NCBI GenBank assembly: GCA_963674705.1 | Contig: OY771506.1 | Coordinates: 3,616,001-3,680,000, forward strand | Reading direction: 5' to 3' | DNA: 64,000 nt | Source: Phycisphaeraceae bacterium | Lineage (GTDB): Bacteria; Planctomycetota; Phycisphaerae; Phycisphaerales; Phycisphaeraceae | In this document: piece by piece, positions 47,496 through 56,988 of the stretch | Numbering within the stretch: the first letter of the stretch is position 1 | Layout: each line of letters opens with the position of its first letter | Program-made: the position numbers and the translations under genes | The notes under the pieces: generated by a model | What the model saw: the letters and a program-made list of their open reading frames with translations, nothing else | Database searches by the model: none | What the model was told of the DNA's origin: nothing

Positions 47496-49037
47496 TTAAT
47501 CCCCATCCGGTGCCGTAATCCCCGGCCAATTATCCGTCCGGAACGGCGACGCAGGCAAACCTTCCTTATTCATCAGGTTCGTCCAGCTCGGATTGTCCGC
47601 CCAGCCGTACCTGACCGACACGGGCTTCTTGTACCGGTCCGACACCACGATCAGCTTGTCGCCGTCAATCTCCGCCGTCGCCCAGCGGAAACTCTTGGAT
47701 TCATCCGTAATCACCAGACCGCGCACGGGCCCGCCGTCGCTGGTCGCAAGCCCCGACCCGGCATGATCGAAGTGGATGATGACCTTCTCGCCATCGAATT
47801 CCGCCTCGCGATACATCGGGCCCATCGGCACCACATCCTTGCCGTAGGCCGTCCCCAACGCCCATTGTGCCAGGCGGTTGCCCACCGTCAGCTTGTCCGT
47901 CGGGTGGATGTCCGTGGGGTTGCCCACATCCGTAGTCACCACGAGACCCGTGTTCGGCACGGTTTGAAGTGTCATCAATTGCGCCTCACGCAGTTCCGGC
48001 CAGCTCCATTCACAAGGTGGGAAACGCGGATCAAAGTAATTCGCCAATTGCACGATCCCGAACGGGAAGTCACCCTGGCCCCAACGCGAACGCCAGTCTT
48101 CGATCATCACAGGCAGCAGCTTGCGGTATTGGTACGACCGCCAGACATTCGATTCACCCTGGTACCAGATCGCGCCGCGGATGCCGTAGGGGATCAGCGG
48201 ATTGATCATCCCATCAAATAACCCCGTCGGCTTGTGCCGGTTGTATGCAGAGAAGGGCAGCGCCGGTTCCTTCGGCGGCTCCTTGCCCGCAGCCTTCGCG
48301 GCCGCCGCTTCCTTACGCCACTGCACCATCGCGTCGTCGTACGCCGCCTGTTTCTCCGCCTTCTCACGCAGGATCGATTGCAGTTCCGGTTCAGCCGCCA
48401 GCGCTTCGGTGCTGGTCCATGCCTGTGCGGGTGTTCCGCCGTAAGCCGTGTGGATCAGCCCGATCGGCACGTTCAGTTCATCATTTAGCTTGATGCCGAA
48501 GAAGTAGCCGACCGCGGAGATATCCTTCGCGTTCTCCGGCGAATTGGTCCGCCACTTACCTTCACAATCATCCTCGGGCTTGTCCGCCACGTGACGCTCG
48601 ACCTTGAACAGCCGGACCTTCGGATACTTCACCGTCTCGGTTAACGCCTCTTCCGCGTTATGCGCCTTGTCCAGCCGAAAGTCCATGTTCGACTGGCCCG
48701 TGCACAGCCAGACCTCGCCGACCAGGACATCTTTGAATGTGACCGACGATGCCTTGCCTTCGACCGTCAACTCGAACGGCCCACCGGCGTCCATCGCCTT
48801 CAGGTCGACGCGCCATTTGCCCGCATCGTTGGCCATGGCCTTGGCGGATTTGCCGTCCAGGCTGACCGTCACCGACTCGCCCGGATCGGCCCAGCCCCAG
48901 ACCGGGATCGCGATATCGCGTTGAAGCACCATGTGATCCCCGAAGATCGCGGGCATCCGGACTTCAGCAAGCGTGGTGGTGCAGATAAGTGTCCAAACCG
49001 CGAGCGCGGCCACGATAGAGAGGGTCTGTCGTTTCAT
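47496..49037 (-). CDS. Sialate O-acetylesterase (SASA/SGNH family), exported
   Basis: GDHMVLQR, GEVWLCTGQSNM, IWYQGESN and DIHP motifs; signal peptide. Confidence 0.92.
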   Translation of the reverse strand: MKRQTLSIVAALAVWTLICTTTLAEVRMPAIFGDHMVLQRDIAIPVWGWADPGESVTVSLDGKSAKAMANDAGKWRVDLKAMDAGGPFELTVEGKASSVTFKDVLVGEVWLCTGQSNMDFRLDKAHNAEEALTETVKYPKVRLFKVERHVADKPEDDCEGKWRTNSPENAKDISAVGYFFGIKLNDELNVPIGLIHTAYGGTPAQAWTSTEALAAEPELQSILREKAEKQAAYDDAMVQWRKEAAAAKAAGKEPPKEPALPFSAYNRHKPTGLFDGMINPLIPYGIRGAIWYQGESNVWRSYQYRKLLPVMIEDWRSRWGQGDFPFGIVQLANYFDPRFPPCEWSWPELREAQLMTLQTVPNTGLVVTTDVGNPTDIHPTDKLTVGNRLAQWALGTAYGKDVVPMGPMYREAEFDGEKVIIHFDHAGSGLATSDGGPVRGLVITDESKSFRWATAEIDGDKLIVVSDRYKKPVSVRYGWADNPSWTNLMNKEGLPASPFRTDNWPGITAPDGD

Positions 49038-49135
49038 ACCCAAGACTATAACCTGACACTTCCAACAACCCCATGTCCATTTTGGACATGGTCTTTGCAA
49101 ACATGGATGTACATCCGGTTTGGCATCCCAAAACC

Positions 49136-49200
49136 GTAGGCCCGGCCCCCGGACATGGGTGCATCCCCTGTTATCTGCGTCCGGGCAGGGCCGGACCTAC
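49136..49200. repeat. GTAG-family REP doublet, copy 2
   Basis: GTAGGCCCGGCCCCCGGACA ... GTCCGGGCAGGGCCGGACCTAC. Confidence 0.8.
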
Positions 49201-49277
49201 AAGCGTCCTCAAGGCGGTTTGTTAGCGGCACACTTGGCTGGCGATGAATGGCGGTGTGTGATTCAATGGACATCCGT

Positions 49278-49309
49278 GGTGGGTTGCGCTTCGCTTGACC
49301 GCACCCTAT
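49278..49309 (-). repeat. REP (second GTAG family), left flank of the AT-rich islet
   Basis: GGTGGGTTGCGCTTCGCTTGACCGCACCCTAT, inverted to 50699-50730. Confidence 0.8.
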
Positions 49310-49328
49310 ACCGGAGTGGGGACCTATG

Positions 49329-50303
49329 CTACTTGCTGTCTCCCCCAACCGTTTTCCCGAGCATAGTAACTTCATCTAACAGATAGGTACCCGGTGGCAG
49401 TTTCTTGGCTACATCAAACTCATCATCACTCACCTCGGTATTGATCTGAAGAGCGAAGCTCCCATCTTCTTGTTCCAACACGTCGAATTGATGTTGGTGC
49501 GTAGCGGCCTCATCTTTCACGCCGAAGTAAGAACGGATCCCCTTTACGGCAAACCATTGGCCGCCGATCTCCGCGACCTCGCTAACCTCATATATCACAC
49601 GGGGGTACCCTTTCCCAAGCCAAAGCTCCTGCCGCAAAGGAACAAAACCCCTTTCCGGGTCCAGCCAAAGACTCACAAGTTTCCGATCCTTGAGTTCTTC
49701 ATTGGGATATAGGTCAACCACGTAACACTGCCGGCCGCCAATGGGCTCCATCGCTTCTCGCAGTCGAGCACCTGGCGCACTAAGCCAGGTGGAAGCGCTG
49801 GCATCTAGCAAGCTGTAAATATTTTTAGTATCTCCTCCATGCGGAAGATTAAGAAGATTGAAGTTGAAGAACTCACTGTTATACCGATTGGCGGCTTGCG
49901 GCCTACTCTTCAAAACAATTGCTTGTGAATTATGCACGGTATAATCAACCGAGCGATTCCCATCAAACCCGACTATCCGATGGAATTTCAGGTTGTCGAT
50001 ATCCTGGCGCCATCCATAGTTCATATCTCTGACTATTTTATCGCCCTTAACTATAGTTGTTTCGCGTTGGTGTACGAGCACTTCACCTTCAGGCACAACG
50101 GTTGCATTGTACGTGTACGTAACCGTAAGATTCTCTATCATTGAGCGATTGGCATCAACAATTGCATGTATGTCTGTCAACGAAAGATCGGCTCTAGGAT
50201 CTACTGGCCAAGCCGGCTCTGCATAAAAAAGGTTTGCTGTTAAAGCAATCATGCACGCTATTAGGCAGCTATTCGCTGTTATATTCAACCGGCTCAGCTT
50301 CAT
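49329..50303 (-). CDS. Hypothetical exported protein (possible LolA-like fold), low GC
   Basis: Signal peptide; IGGRQCYVVDL, LWLDPERGFVPLR and EVSDDEFD. Confidence 0.7.
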   Translation of the reverse strand: MKLSRLNITANSCLIACMIALTANLFYAEPAWPVDPRADLSLTDIHAIVDANRSMIENLTVTYTYNATVVPEGEVLVHQRETTIVKGDKIVRDMNYGWRQDIDNLKFHRIVGFDGNRSVDYTVHNSQAIVLKSRPQAANRYNSEFFNFNLLNLPHGGDTKNIYSLLDASASTWLSAPGARLREAMEPIGGRQCYVVDLYPNEELKDRKLVSLWLDPERGFVPLRQELWLGKGYPRVIYEVSEVAEIGGQWFAVKGIRSYFGVKDEAATHQHQFDVLEQEDGSFALQINTEVSDDEFDVAKKLPPGTYLLDEVTMLGKTVGGDSK

Positions 50304-50388
50304 AATATTACCTGTTCAGTAATGAATGCTAGAGAATGTATTATCTGCCGCATGTAAGTCATATTAATGGCTATGGATTTAATTGTTT

Positions 50389-50583
50389 TTAAGCATTGGG
50401 TGCCCGTGTTGGGTAAGAGTGGTTCAGACTTGGCCCGCCTTGTAATTTATAGCAGCTAATACCAGCGGTATATACCTTGTCAATTCCGCCCAGCCAACTA
50501 TAGCATGAGGATATAATAATTATGGGGCACCCGTGATTTGTAATCCTCCCATCCTTATCACATCTAAAAGTAGAGGGTTTCAT
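50389..50583 (-). CDS. Small Cys-containing ORF or gene remnant
   Basis: 64 aa with 4 Cys, AT-rich, beginning at the GC step; poorly spaced RBS. Confidence 0.3.
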   Translation of the reverse strand: MKPSTFRCDKDGRITNHGCPIIIISSCYSWLGGIDKVYTAGISCYKLQGGPSLNHSYPTRAPNA

Positions 50584-50698
50584 GCTCCGTGGGGATTAGG
50601 GGTGGCGAGATGCCGGGTGCCCGTCTTTGACCCGCAGGGCAAAGGCGGTTGACACAGAGCAGAACGCCCGGCCAGCAAGCAACATGGTTTGTCTTTTC

Positions 50699-50730
50699 GT
50701 AGGGTGGCGTTAAGCGAAGCGCAACCCACC
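50699..50730 (+). repeat. REP (second GTAG family), right flank of the AT-rich islet
   Basis: GTAGGGTGGCGTTAAGCGAAGCGCAACCCACC. Confidence 0.8.
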
Positions 50731-51240
50731 GCAGTCAAGTCGTGGCAGACGGATACAGATTCTCCTCGATGATACGGGGCGTGATCAACCGCGTCTTTCA
50801 TCATTCGTGCTTGGTCGTTCATTCGGCATTCACGCTTGCCTCGCTCGGCGCGGGTCTCCTGACCCTGCCGAAACACCCGACCGAAGGTCTCCCAATTCGG
50901 CATTCACGAATGCTCTATTCCGTGCATTCACAGGTATCCGGCTCATATCCCAGCTAGATCCGGAGGCTTCCGCGGAGAGGGAGGCAGTGAAGACGGCTGT
51001 GCCAGGCTCGGCGCAGGGGCGTCTTCTTGGGTGTTCCGGGGGGGCTGGGGATATCACCCATAATTGCATAATATTGAGTCATTTAGACGATTATCAGCAG
51101 GTATGGCAGTGGTTTGCGATCCGGCGCATTTTGTATTTGCGACGCTTTGCTTGACCGTTTGCGACGGCCGTAAATAACGTGCTTGCAGGTGTTTGAGCGG
51201 CCTGTTCCTGTTAAGATAGTCACCCAAAGATGAGTACCCC

Positions 51241-54200
51241 ATGACTCAGCAGTCCAACCAATCAGTACAGGAGCAGCCGCAGGTCCAAGGGGGCTCGGCC
51301 CTGACGCGATTGGGTGAATTGCTCGGACCTCATAAGTACATGCTCGGCCTCGCGGTCCTGATGCTCATCGGGCTGACCGCGGTCAACATCATCATCCCCC
51401 AACTCATCGCGATCGTCTTCGACGAGGTCTTCGAGACCGGCAACTGGATGCTGCTGTTCACCGTGCTCGCCACCATGCTCGGTCTCTACCTCCTGCGCAA
51501 CCTGCTCTACTTCGGCGGCAAGACCATCTCCGTGAGCATCGGTGAGAACCTGTGCTTCGGTTTGCGTAAGCAACTGTTCGAGCGGCTCCAGCACATGAGC
51601 CTGCGTTACTACCAGCACCACAAGCCCGGGCAACTTTCCAGCCGGGTCATGAACGACAGCTACGTCATACAGCAGTTCATCCAGAACGAGTTCCCGACGC
51701 TGATCCAGGCGTTGTTGCTGTTTCTGGGGATCGTGGCGACGACGTACGCGATGAACTGGCAACTCGCCTTGGCGTCGACGATCCTGCTGCCGCTGCACAT
51801 GGCGGCGTTCTACTACATGCGTCGGCCTATCAAGAAGGCGAGCCGGGCCGCGCAGAGCCACCTTGCGGACGCCACCGGCAACCTGATCGAAAAGTTCCTC
51901 GGTATCGAAGTCGTCAAAGGATTCGTCGGCGAGGAAAGAGAGAACGCCGCGTTCGAAGAAGCGATCGACCTGTCTCGCAAGAGCGAGAAGCGTGGCCAGC
52001 AGTTCCATGTGCTACAGAAGGTTTTGGCCGACCTGCTCGTGGGGCTCGGTTTCGCCATGCTGATCGGTTTCGGCGCGTACCAGGTGTTCGGCGTTCCGGC
52101 GAGCAGGGCGCTGGCGCCCGGTGAATTCATCGCGTTCTTCTGGTACGTCCGCATGCTCTACCCGACCGTCATCGAAATGATGAGCGGTTCAGCCAAGCTG
52201 GCCAAAACCAGCGCGAGCATCGACCGCGTGTATGAAGTGCTCGACCTGACGCCCGATGAGATCCTCGAAGAAGCGCAGCGCGTCGAGGCGATCAAAGGCG
52301 GGTTGGAATTCAAGAACGTGTTCTTCAAGTTCGGCGACGGGGCGGATGTGCTCGAGGATATCAGCTTTAAGGTCGAGCCCGGGCAGGTCTGTGCGGTGGT
52401 CGGCCCATCCGGCGCAGGTAAGAGCACGCTGATGAGCCTGGTCCCACGCATGAACGTGCCCACGCAGGGTGAATTGCTGATGGACGGCGAAAACACCGCC
52501 GAGATGCCGCTGCACCACATCCGCACGACGGTCGGCATGGCGTTCCAGGAGGCGTTCCTCTTCAGCAGCTCCATCCTGGAAAACCTGCGATACGCCCGGC
52601 CCGACGCGACACGCGAAGAGGTCGAGAACGTGCTCAAGCGCATCGGCCTGCACAAGTTTGTCGAAGAACTGCCGCAAGGCTATGACACGATGGTTGGTGA
52701 TGAAGGGCTGAGCCTGTCCCGCGGGCAGAAGCAGATGATCACCCTCGCACGCGCCATCCTCAAAGACCCCAAGGTGCTGATCCTCGACGAGGCGACTGCT
52801 TCGATCGACATCGCACAGGAAGCCGCGATCATCCCCGTGATCCTGGACTTCATGAAAGGCAAGACGACGCTGATGGTTACTCACCGCCCCGAACTGCTCA
52901 AGCACGTTGACAAGGTTGTACATCTGGAAGGCGGAAGAGTCGTGTACGACGGTCCACCGGAAGGATTCGATGCCGAAGCATTCACGACGTCCAAGCCCCT
53001 GATCCTGCCAACGGATGAACGTGTCGAAAATCGCGGCCCACAGCACCGGTCTCTGCGTCCGGGTAGTAGTGCGCTCAACCTGTTAGCGATCGGCCTGCTC
53101 AGCGCATTGACCATGTTAGGTGGTACACAACCGATCTATGCCGCCGAGGGCGACGCCGCTGCTGCGCCCGCTGAAACCAAACAAGCTGAGCCCGCACCCG
53201 AAGCGAAAAAAGATGAGCCCAAGCAAGAAGAAGCTAAACCACAGCCCGCTGCCGAAAAACCTGCCGAAAAACCTGCTCCGAAACCCGCCGCCGCACCCGC
53301 GCCAAAGCCGCCCGTTGGCCAGATGATCTCGATGCCCAACACGAGCCGTAACGAGCTGCGCGAACTCATCGACGTCGTCGCGTCTCGCATCCGTGCCGAG
53401 ATGGGTTACGAAACTGCCTCCGGCGAGCAGGTCGCCCTCATCAAACAAACCCCCGATAATCTCAGCTCTCCTGTCACGCTTACAAAACAAGACGGCGACA
53501 ACACCCGGCTCATACAACTCGGCTCCAAGAGCTACCTCAGCCAACCCGGCCAGGTCTGGCTGTTCGGCCAGATGATCACCAGCAACAGCGTCATCGAAAA
53601 CACGGACATCGCCAAAGTCGTTCCCATGATCCAGACAGCCGGCAAAGCTCAGGAAGAACAAGCCAAGAACATTAGTCTGGCTGATCTGAAGTCGGCACGG
53701 ATCGAACTCAGCTACATCGAGGCCGACCGTTGCCTCGGCGTGCTTAAAGGCCTCGGCATCCAGACCATCCAATACAAAAAAACCGGTGACGGCATCGGGC
53801 AGGCGAAACTCATCGAACCTACCGCGCAACTGGATATCAACAATCTCCCCGCCGTCATGCTCATGCCCGGGCCCGACGGCGTCGGACTCGTCGGTGGCTC
53901 ACAGGAGATGAAGTCCAAGACACTCACCGTTGCGCAGAGCCTCAACGACATGACCAGCGCCGCGCCCATGATGAACCTCATGGTCTTCTATAACCCGAGC
54001 CATCCCGAGCAATTCGCACGTGTACACGACCTGGTCCGCCGAACGATCGACGTCGCCTCCGGCCAGATCGTCATCGAGGCCATGGTCCTGGAGATCTCCG
54101 AGTCCGGCCTCAGACAACTCGGAGTTGAGTGGGAACTCGAAACGCCCTTCGGTTCCGATTCATCATTACGCAAAGTCGAATCCGTCCAGTTGGGCCGTCT

Positions 54201-55773
54201 ACCAAGCTTCACCGGCAACCCAGCCCTTGACGCTACTTTCGTAGGCCTGAACAATCACTGGAAAGCACAAATCCAGGCCATGGTCACCTCCGGCCAGGCC
54301 GAAATCCTCTCTCGCCCCAGCGTGCTCACGCTCGACAACCGCCAGGCATCGATCCGTGTCGGCGAGGAAATCCCCATCGCTACCAGCGTCACCGGCACCA
54401 GCGGCGGCGACAAGGTCAGCTTCAGCTTCGAATATATCCCCGTCGGCATCATCCTCAACGTCAGGCCCCGCGTCAGCGCCGACGGCGAAGACGTCAGCAT
54501 GCAGATCGATGCCATCGTCTCCTCGGAAGTCCCCGGCGAAGAACTGGTCCTGCTTGATAACAACGGCGACGAACTCGCCCGCGCGCCGCGCATCGCTTCA
54601 CGCCGCGTCCAGACGCACACACGCATCTCCAACAACACGCCCTTCATCATCGGCGGGCTGGTCAGCAAAGATACGATCAATACCGAAGAGAAAGTCCCGC
54701 TGCTCGGCGACATCCCGATCGTCGGCAACCTCTTCAAGAGCAGCACCAACGACAGGCTCAAACGCGAAGTCATCATCGTCATCACGCCTTACGTCCTGCC
54801 CAAGAACCAGGTCGTCGGCCGCAACACTCCCGAAGACGAAGACGCCTTCGACAGCTTCGATAACGAGCTGTTCCGCGATGCCTACCGCATCCGCGCTGAA
54901 GATGTCTTCGACCTGCGCTTCCTCTTCGAAAACCTGCAGGTCCACAAGATGCTGCGCATGGCCGACCAGATCCTCAACCGCCGGCCCGACTGGGCTTACA
55001 AGTATCCCTTCTCCCAGTTCGCGGATAACCGCATCCCCGGCGAGCGCATCCTTGTCTACCGACAGATCTATGAAGTCATCAAACGCCGAGGCATCGATCA
55101 GAAAACCAACCCCAGCCGGTTGATCTACTTCAAGGATGCGCCCGAGCAGCCCGCAGGTTTCGAGGTCAAGTTCCTCGAGCAATCCCTCGCCAAGATGCTC
55201 GGTGTATCAAAGCCCGCGATACCGATCGGCGATGATTGGCTCTTCGGCAACCTCAAGGATCAGGCCGTCGCCATCACCTTTACCGAGCAACCCTTCGACG
55301 GCGCTATTGACGCGCCCACGCAACCCGTGCCCGATGTCAGCCTTGTTGAATGCCACGACCGCGACGAGTGGGGGGCCTTGCTCTGGGAACTCAACCAACC
55401 CAACAGCCAGGGCCAGCGCCGATTCACTATCCTCCTCAAGGATGGCCGAGACATCGCACGCCTTCGTCGTGCCGTCGTCGTCAAGCAGACCGTCCAGCTC
55501 AACGCCACGCATCAATCGCTGCGTCTGCGCAACTTCACGCAGGGTCGCCTGCTGCTGGTGCCGACAATTAAAGACGATCAGGTATTTTTGATTGACGAAG
55601 ACGTCGCCCAGTACTTCTTCTACACCGAGCACTACTACCCCGCCCTGCAGAGCGAACTGCAACGCGACATGGAAGCACTGCATAATGCCCTGCAAGACCC
55701 GGAATACAGCAGCTACCTGGACGATCCGGATATGGTCAACAAACCCATCCCCTGGCGTCCGACCGGCAGGTAA
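51241..55773 (+). CDS. ABC exporter (TMD+NBD) fused to a GspD/PilQ-type secretin with a long C-terminal extension
   Basis: About 6 TM helices, GPSGAGKS, FQEAFLF, LSRGQKQ, LILDEAT, VTHR; then LLAIGLLSALTMLGGTQPIYA; then an N3-like domain, QIVIEAMVLE, LSRPSVLTLDNRQASIRVGEEIP, KVPLLGDIPIVGNLFK and REVIIVITPYV. One uninterrupted 1510-aa frame. Confidence 0.88.
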   Translation: MTQQSNQSVQEQPQVQGGSALTRLGELLGPHKYMLGLAVLMLIGLTAVNIIIPQLIAIVFDEVFETGNWMLLFTVLATMLGLYLLRNLLYFGGKTISVSIGENLCFGLRKQLFERLQHMSLRYYQHHKPGQLSSRVMNDSYVIQQFIQNEFPTLIQALLLFLGIVATTYAMNWQLALASTILLPLHMAAFYYMRRPIKKASRAAQSHLADATGNLIEKFLGIEVVKGFVGEERENAAFEEAIDLSRKSEKRGQQFHVLQKVLADLLVGLGFAMLIGFGAYQVFGVPASRALAPGEFIAFFWYVRMLYPTVIEMMSGSAKLAKTSASIDRVYEVLDLTPDEILEEAQRVEAIKGGLEFKNVFFKFGDGADVLEDISFKVEPGQVCAVVGPSGAGKSTLMSLVPRMNVPTQGELLMDGENTAEMPLHHIRTTVGMAFQEAFLFSSSILENLRYARPDATREEVENVLKRIGLHKFVEELPQGYDTMVGDEGLSLSRGQKQMITLARAILKDPKVLILDEATASIDIAQEAAIIPVILDFMKGKTTLMVTHRPELLKHVDKVVHLEGGRVVYDGPPEGFDAEAFTTSKPLILPTDERVENRGPQHRSLRPGSSALNLLAIGLLSALTMLGGTQPIYAAEGDAAAAPAETKQAEPAPEAKKDEPKQEEAKPQPAAEKPAEKPAPKPAAAPAPKPPVGQMISMPNTSRNELRELIDVVASRIRAEMGYETASGEQVALIKQTPDNLSSPVTLTKQDGDNTRLIQLGSKSYLSQPGQVWLFGQMITSNSVIENTDIAKVVPMIQTAGKAQEEQAKNISLADLKSARIELSYIEADRCLGVLKGLGIQTIQYKKTGDGIGQAKLIEPTAQLDINNLPAVMLMPGPDGVGLVGGSQEMKSKTLTVAQSLNDMTSAAPMMNLMVFYNPSHPEQFARVHDLVRRTIDVASGQIVIEAMVLEISESGLRQLGVEWELETPFGSDSSLRKVESVQLGRLPSFTGNPALDATFVGLNNHWKAQIQAMVTSGQAEILSRPSVLTLDNRQASIRVGEEIPIATSVTGTSGGDKVSFSFEYIPVGIILNVRPRVSADGEDVSMQIDAIVSSEVPGEELVLLDNNGDELARAPRIASRRVQTHTRISNNTPFIIGGLVSKDTINTEEKVPLLGDIPIVGNLFKSSTNDRLKREVIIVITPYVLPKNQVVGRNTPEDEDAFDSFDNELFRDAYRIRAEDVFDLRFLFENLQVHKMLRMADQILNRRPDWAYKYPFSQFADNRIPGERILVYRQIYEVIKRRGIDQKTNPSRLIYFKDAPEQPAGFEVKFLEQSLAKMLGVSKPAIPIGDDWLFGNLKDQAVAITFTEQPFDGAIDAPTQPVPDVSLVECHDRDEWGALLWELNQPNSQGQRRFTILLKDGRDIARLRRAVVVKQTVQLNATHQSLRLRNFTQGRLLLVPTIKDDQVFLIDEDVAQYFFYTEHYYPALQSELQRDMEALHNALQDPEYSSYLDDPDMVNKPIPWRPTGR

Positions 55774-55995
55774 ATCGCGGCAAGCATGTTTAGAATAAAA
55801 ACTATCCTTGTCCGATGAGTGCTGTTTTACAGGATAATTCTGTCTACTCATGGGTTGATTAAACCCGCAATCATCCTATATTACCCGCGTGTACACCATC
55901 CGATTGCAGGGGTAGGGCGGACCAACTCCATGATCGATGCGTGAGAGATCTGACATCCGCTAATCAACTATCGCGAACACTTGAAAGGAATCCCA

Positions 55996-56904
55996 ATGTT
56001 TCACGTCACACGTTTAGGATTGCTCGCGGCTGCCTGCGTTGCAGTCCCCGTACTTTCCCAATCGTCCGCTTCTGCGCAGCACGCCAACTTCGTGCTCTTC
56101 GGCGATCCGAATCCCGCCGCCGCGAATGTCCCCGATTCGCAGAAGCACGTCCACCCCATCACCACCCCGTATTACAACGAAGACTCCTTCGTCACCTCCG
56201 ACGTCCGTGCCTGGTTTGTCTACCACGACTTCCCCAAGTCCAGCGTCATCAACGGCGGTAACGCAAAGGTCTACGCCGCTCAGGTCCGCCTCGCCCTGAC
56301 CGATCAACTCCAGTTCGTCGCCTACAAAGACGGCTACATCGATTGGGACTCCGGCCTCATCAAGGACGACGGCTGGAACGACATCGCCGCCGGCATCAAG
56401 TGGAACTTCATCCAGGACTGGGAAAACCAGTTCCACATGGCTGCCGGTATCGGCTACGAAATCCCCACCGGCGGCTCCGATGTCCTCCAGGACGACGACG
56501 AGTGGCGCTTCTGGGTCTCCGCCAACAAGGGCTTTGAAGAGCTGCACCTCGGCGGCACACTCAACTACATCGTCTCCGATCAACCCAACCAACGCCTCGG
56601 TAACTCCGATCAACTCATCTGGAACGTCCACCTCGACTACTACGTCAGTGAGTTCTTCAGCCCGGTCGTCGAACTCAACGGCTTCCACGTCCTCGACGAC
56701 GGCGGCGTCGTGGTCCCGTTCTCCGGACTCGACGTGGTTAACCTCGGCGGTAACGAAAACGAAGACGTCGTCACCCTCGGCCTGGGCACGGAACTGCGGC
56801 CCAACGATCTGATGTCGATCCGCGTTGCTTATGAAACACCGCTGACCGACAACGACGACCTCTACGGCTACCGCTGGACGTTCTCCCTCGTTTGGCCGTT
56901 CTGA
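55996..56904 (+). CDS. Outer-membrane beta-barrel protein (putative channel)
   Basis: AAAGGAA RBS; signal peptide ending ASA; GWNDIAAGIKWNF and SPVVELNG; ends FSLVWPF. Confidence 0.75.
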   Translation: MFHVTRLGLLAAACVAVPVLSQSSASAQHANFVLFGDPNPAAANVPDSQKHVHPITTPYYNEDSFVTSDVRAWFVYHDFPKSSVINGGNAKVYAAQVRLALTDQLQFVAYKDGYIDWDSGLIKDDGWNDIAAGIKWNFIQDWENQFHMAAGIGYEIPTGGSDVLQDDDEWRFWVSANKGFEELHLGGTLNYIVSDQPNQRLGNSDQLIWNVHLDYYVSEFFSPVVELNGFHVLDDGGVVVPFSGLDVVNLGGNENEDVVTLGLGTELRPNDLMSIRVAYETPLTDNDDLYGYRWTFSLVWPF

Positions 56905-56956
56905 TGATTCAAAAACAAACATCCCGGGCGGGAACGGTTTGTTGTTAATAACTCAC

Positions 56957-56988
56957 CAGCCGCCCCGCGCACCCACGCGGGGCGGCTG
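56957..56988 (+). terminator. GC-rich hairpin after the barrel gene
   Basis: CAGCCGCCCCGCG-loop-CGCGGGGCGGCTG; weak U tail. Confidence 0.55.

Noticed and set aside
51104..51117. TGGCAGTGGTTTGC as a sigma-54 promoter for the ABC-secretin gene
   Set aside because: The GG-to-GC spacing is one base short of the strict -24/-12 requirement.
50580..51242. Short ORFs upstream of the fusion gene
   Set aside because: They overlap repeat elements and the probable promoter region and have no coding signature.
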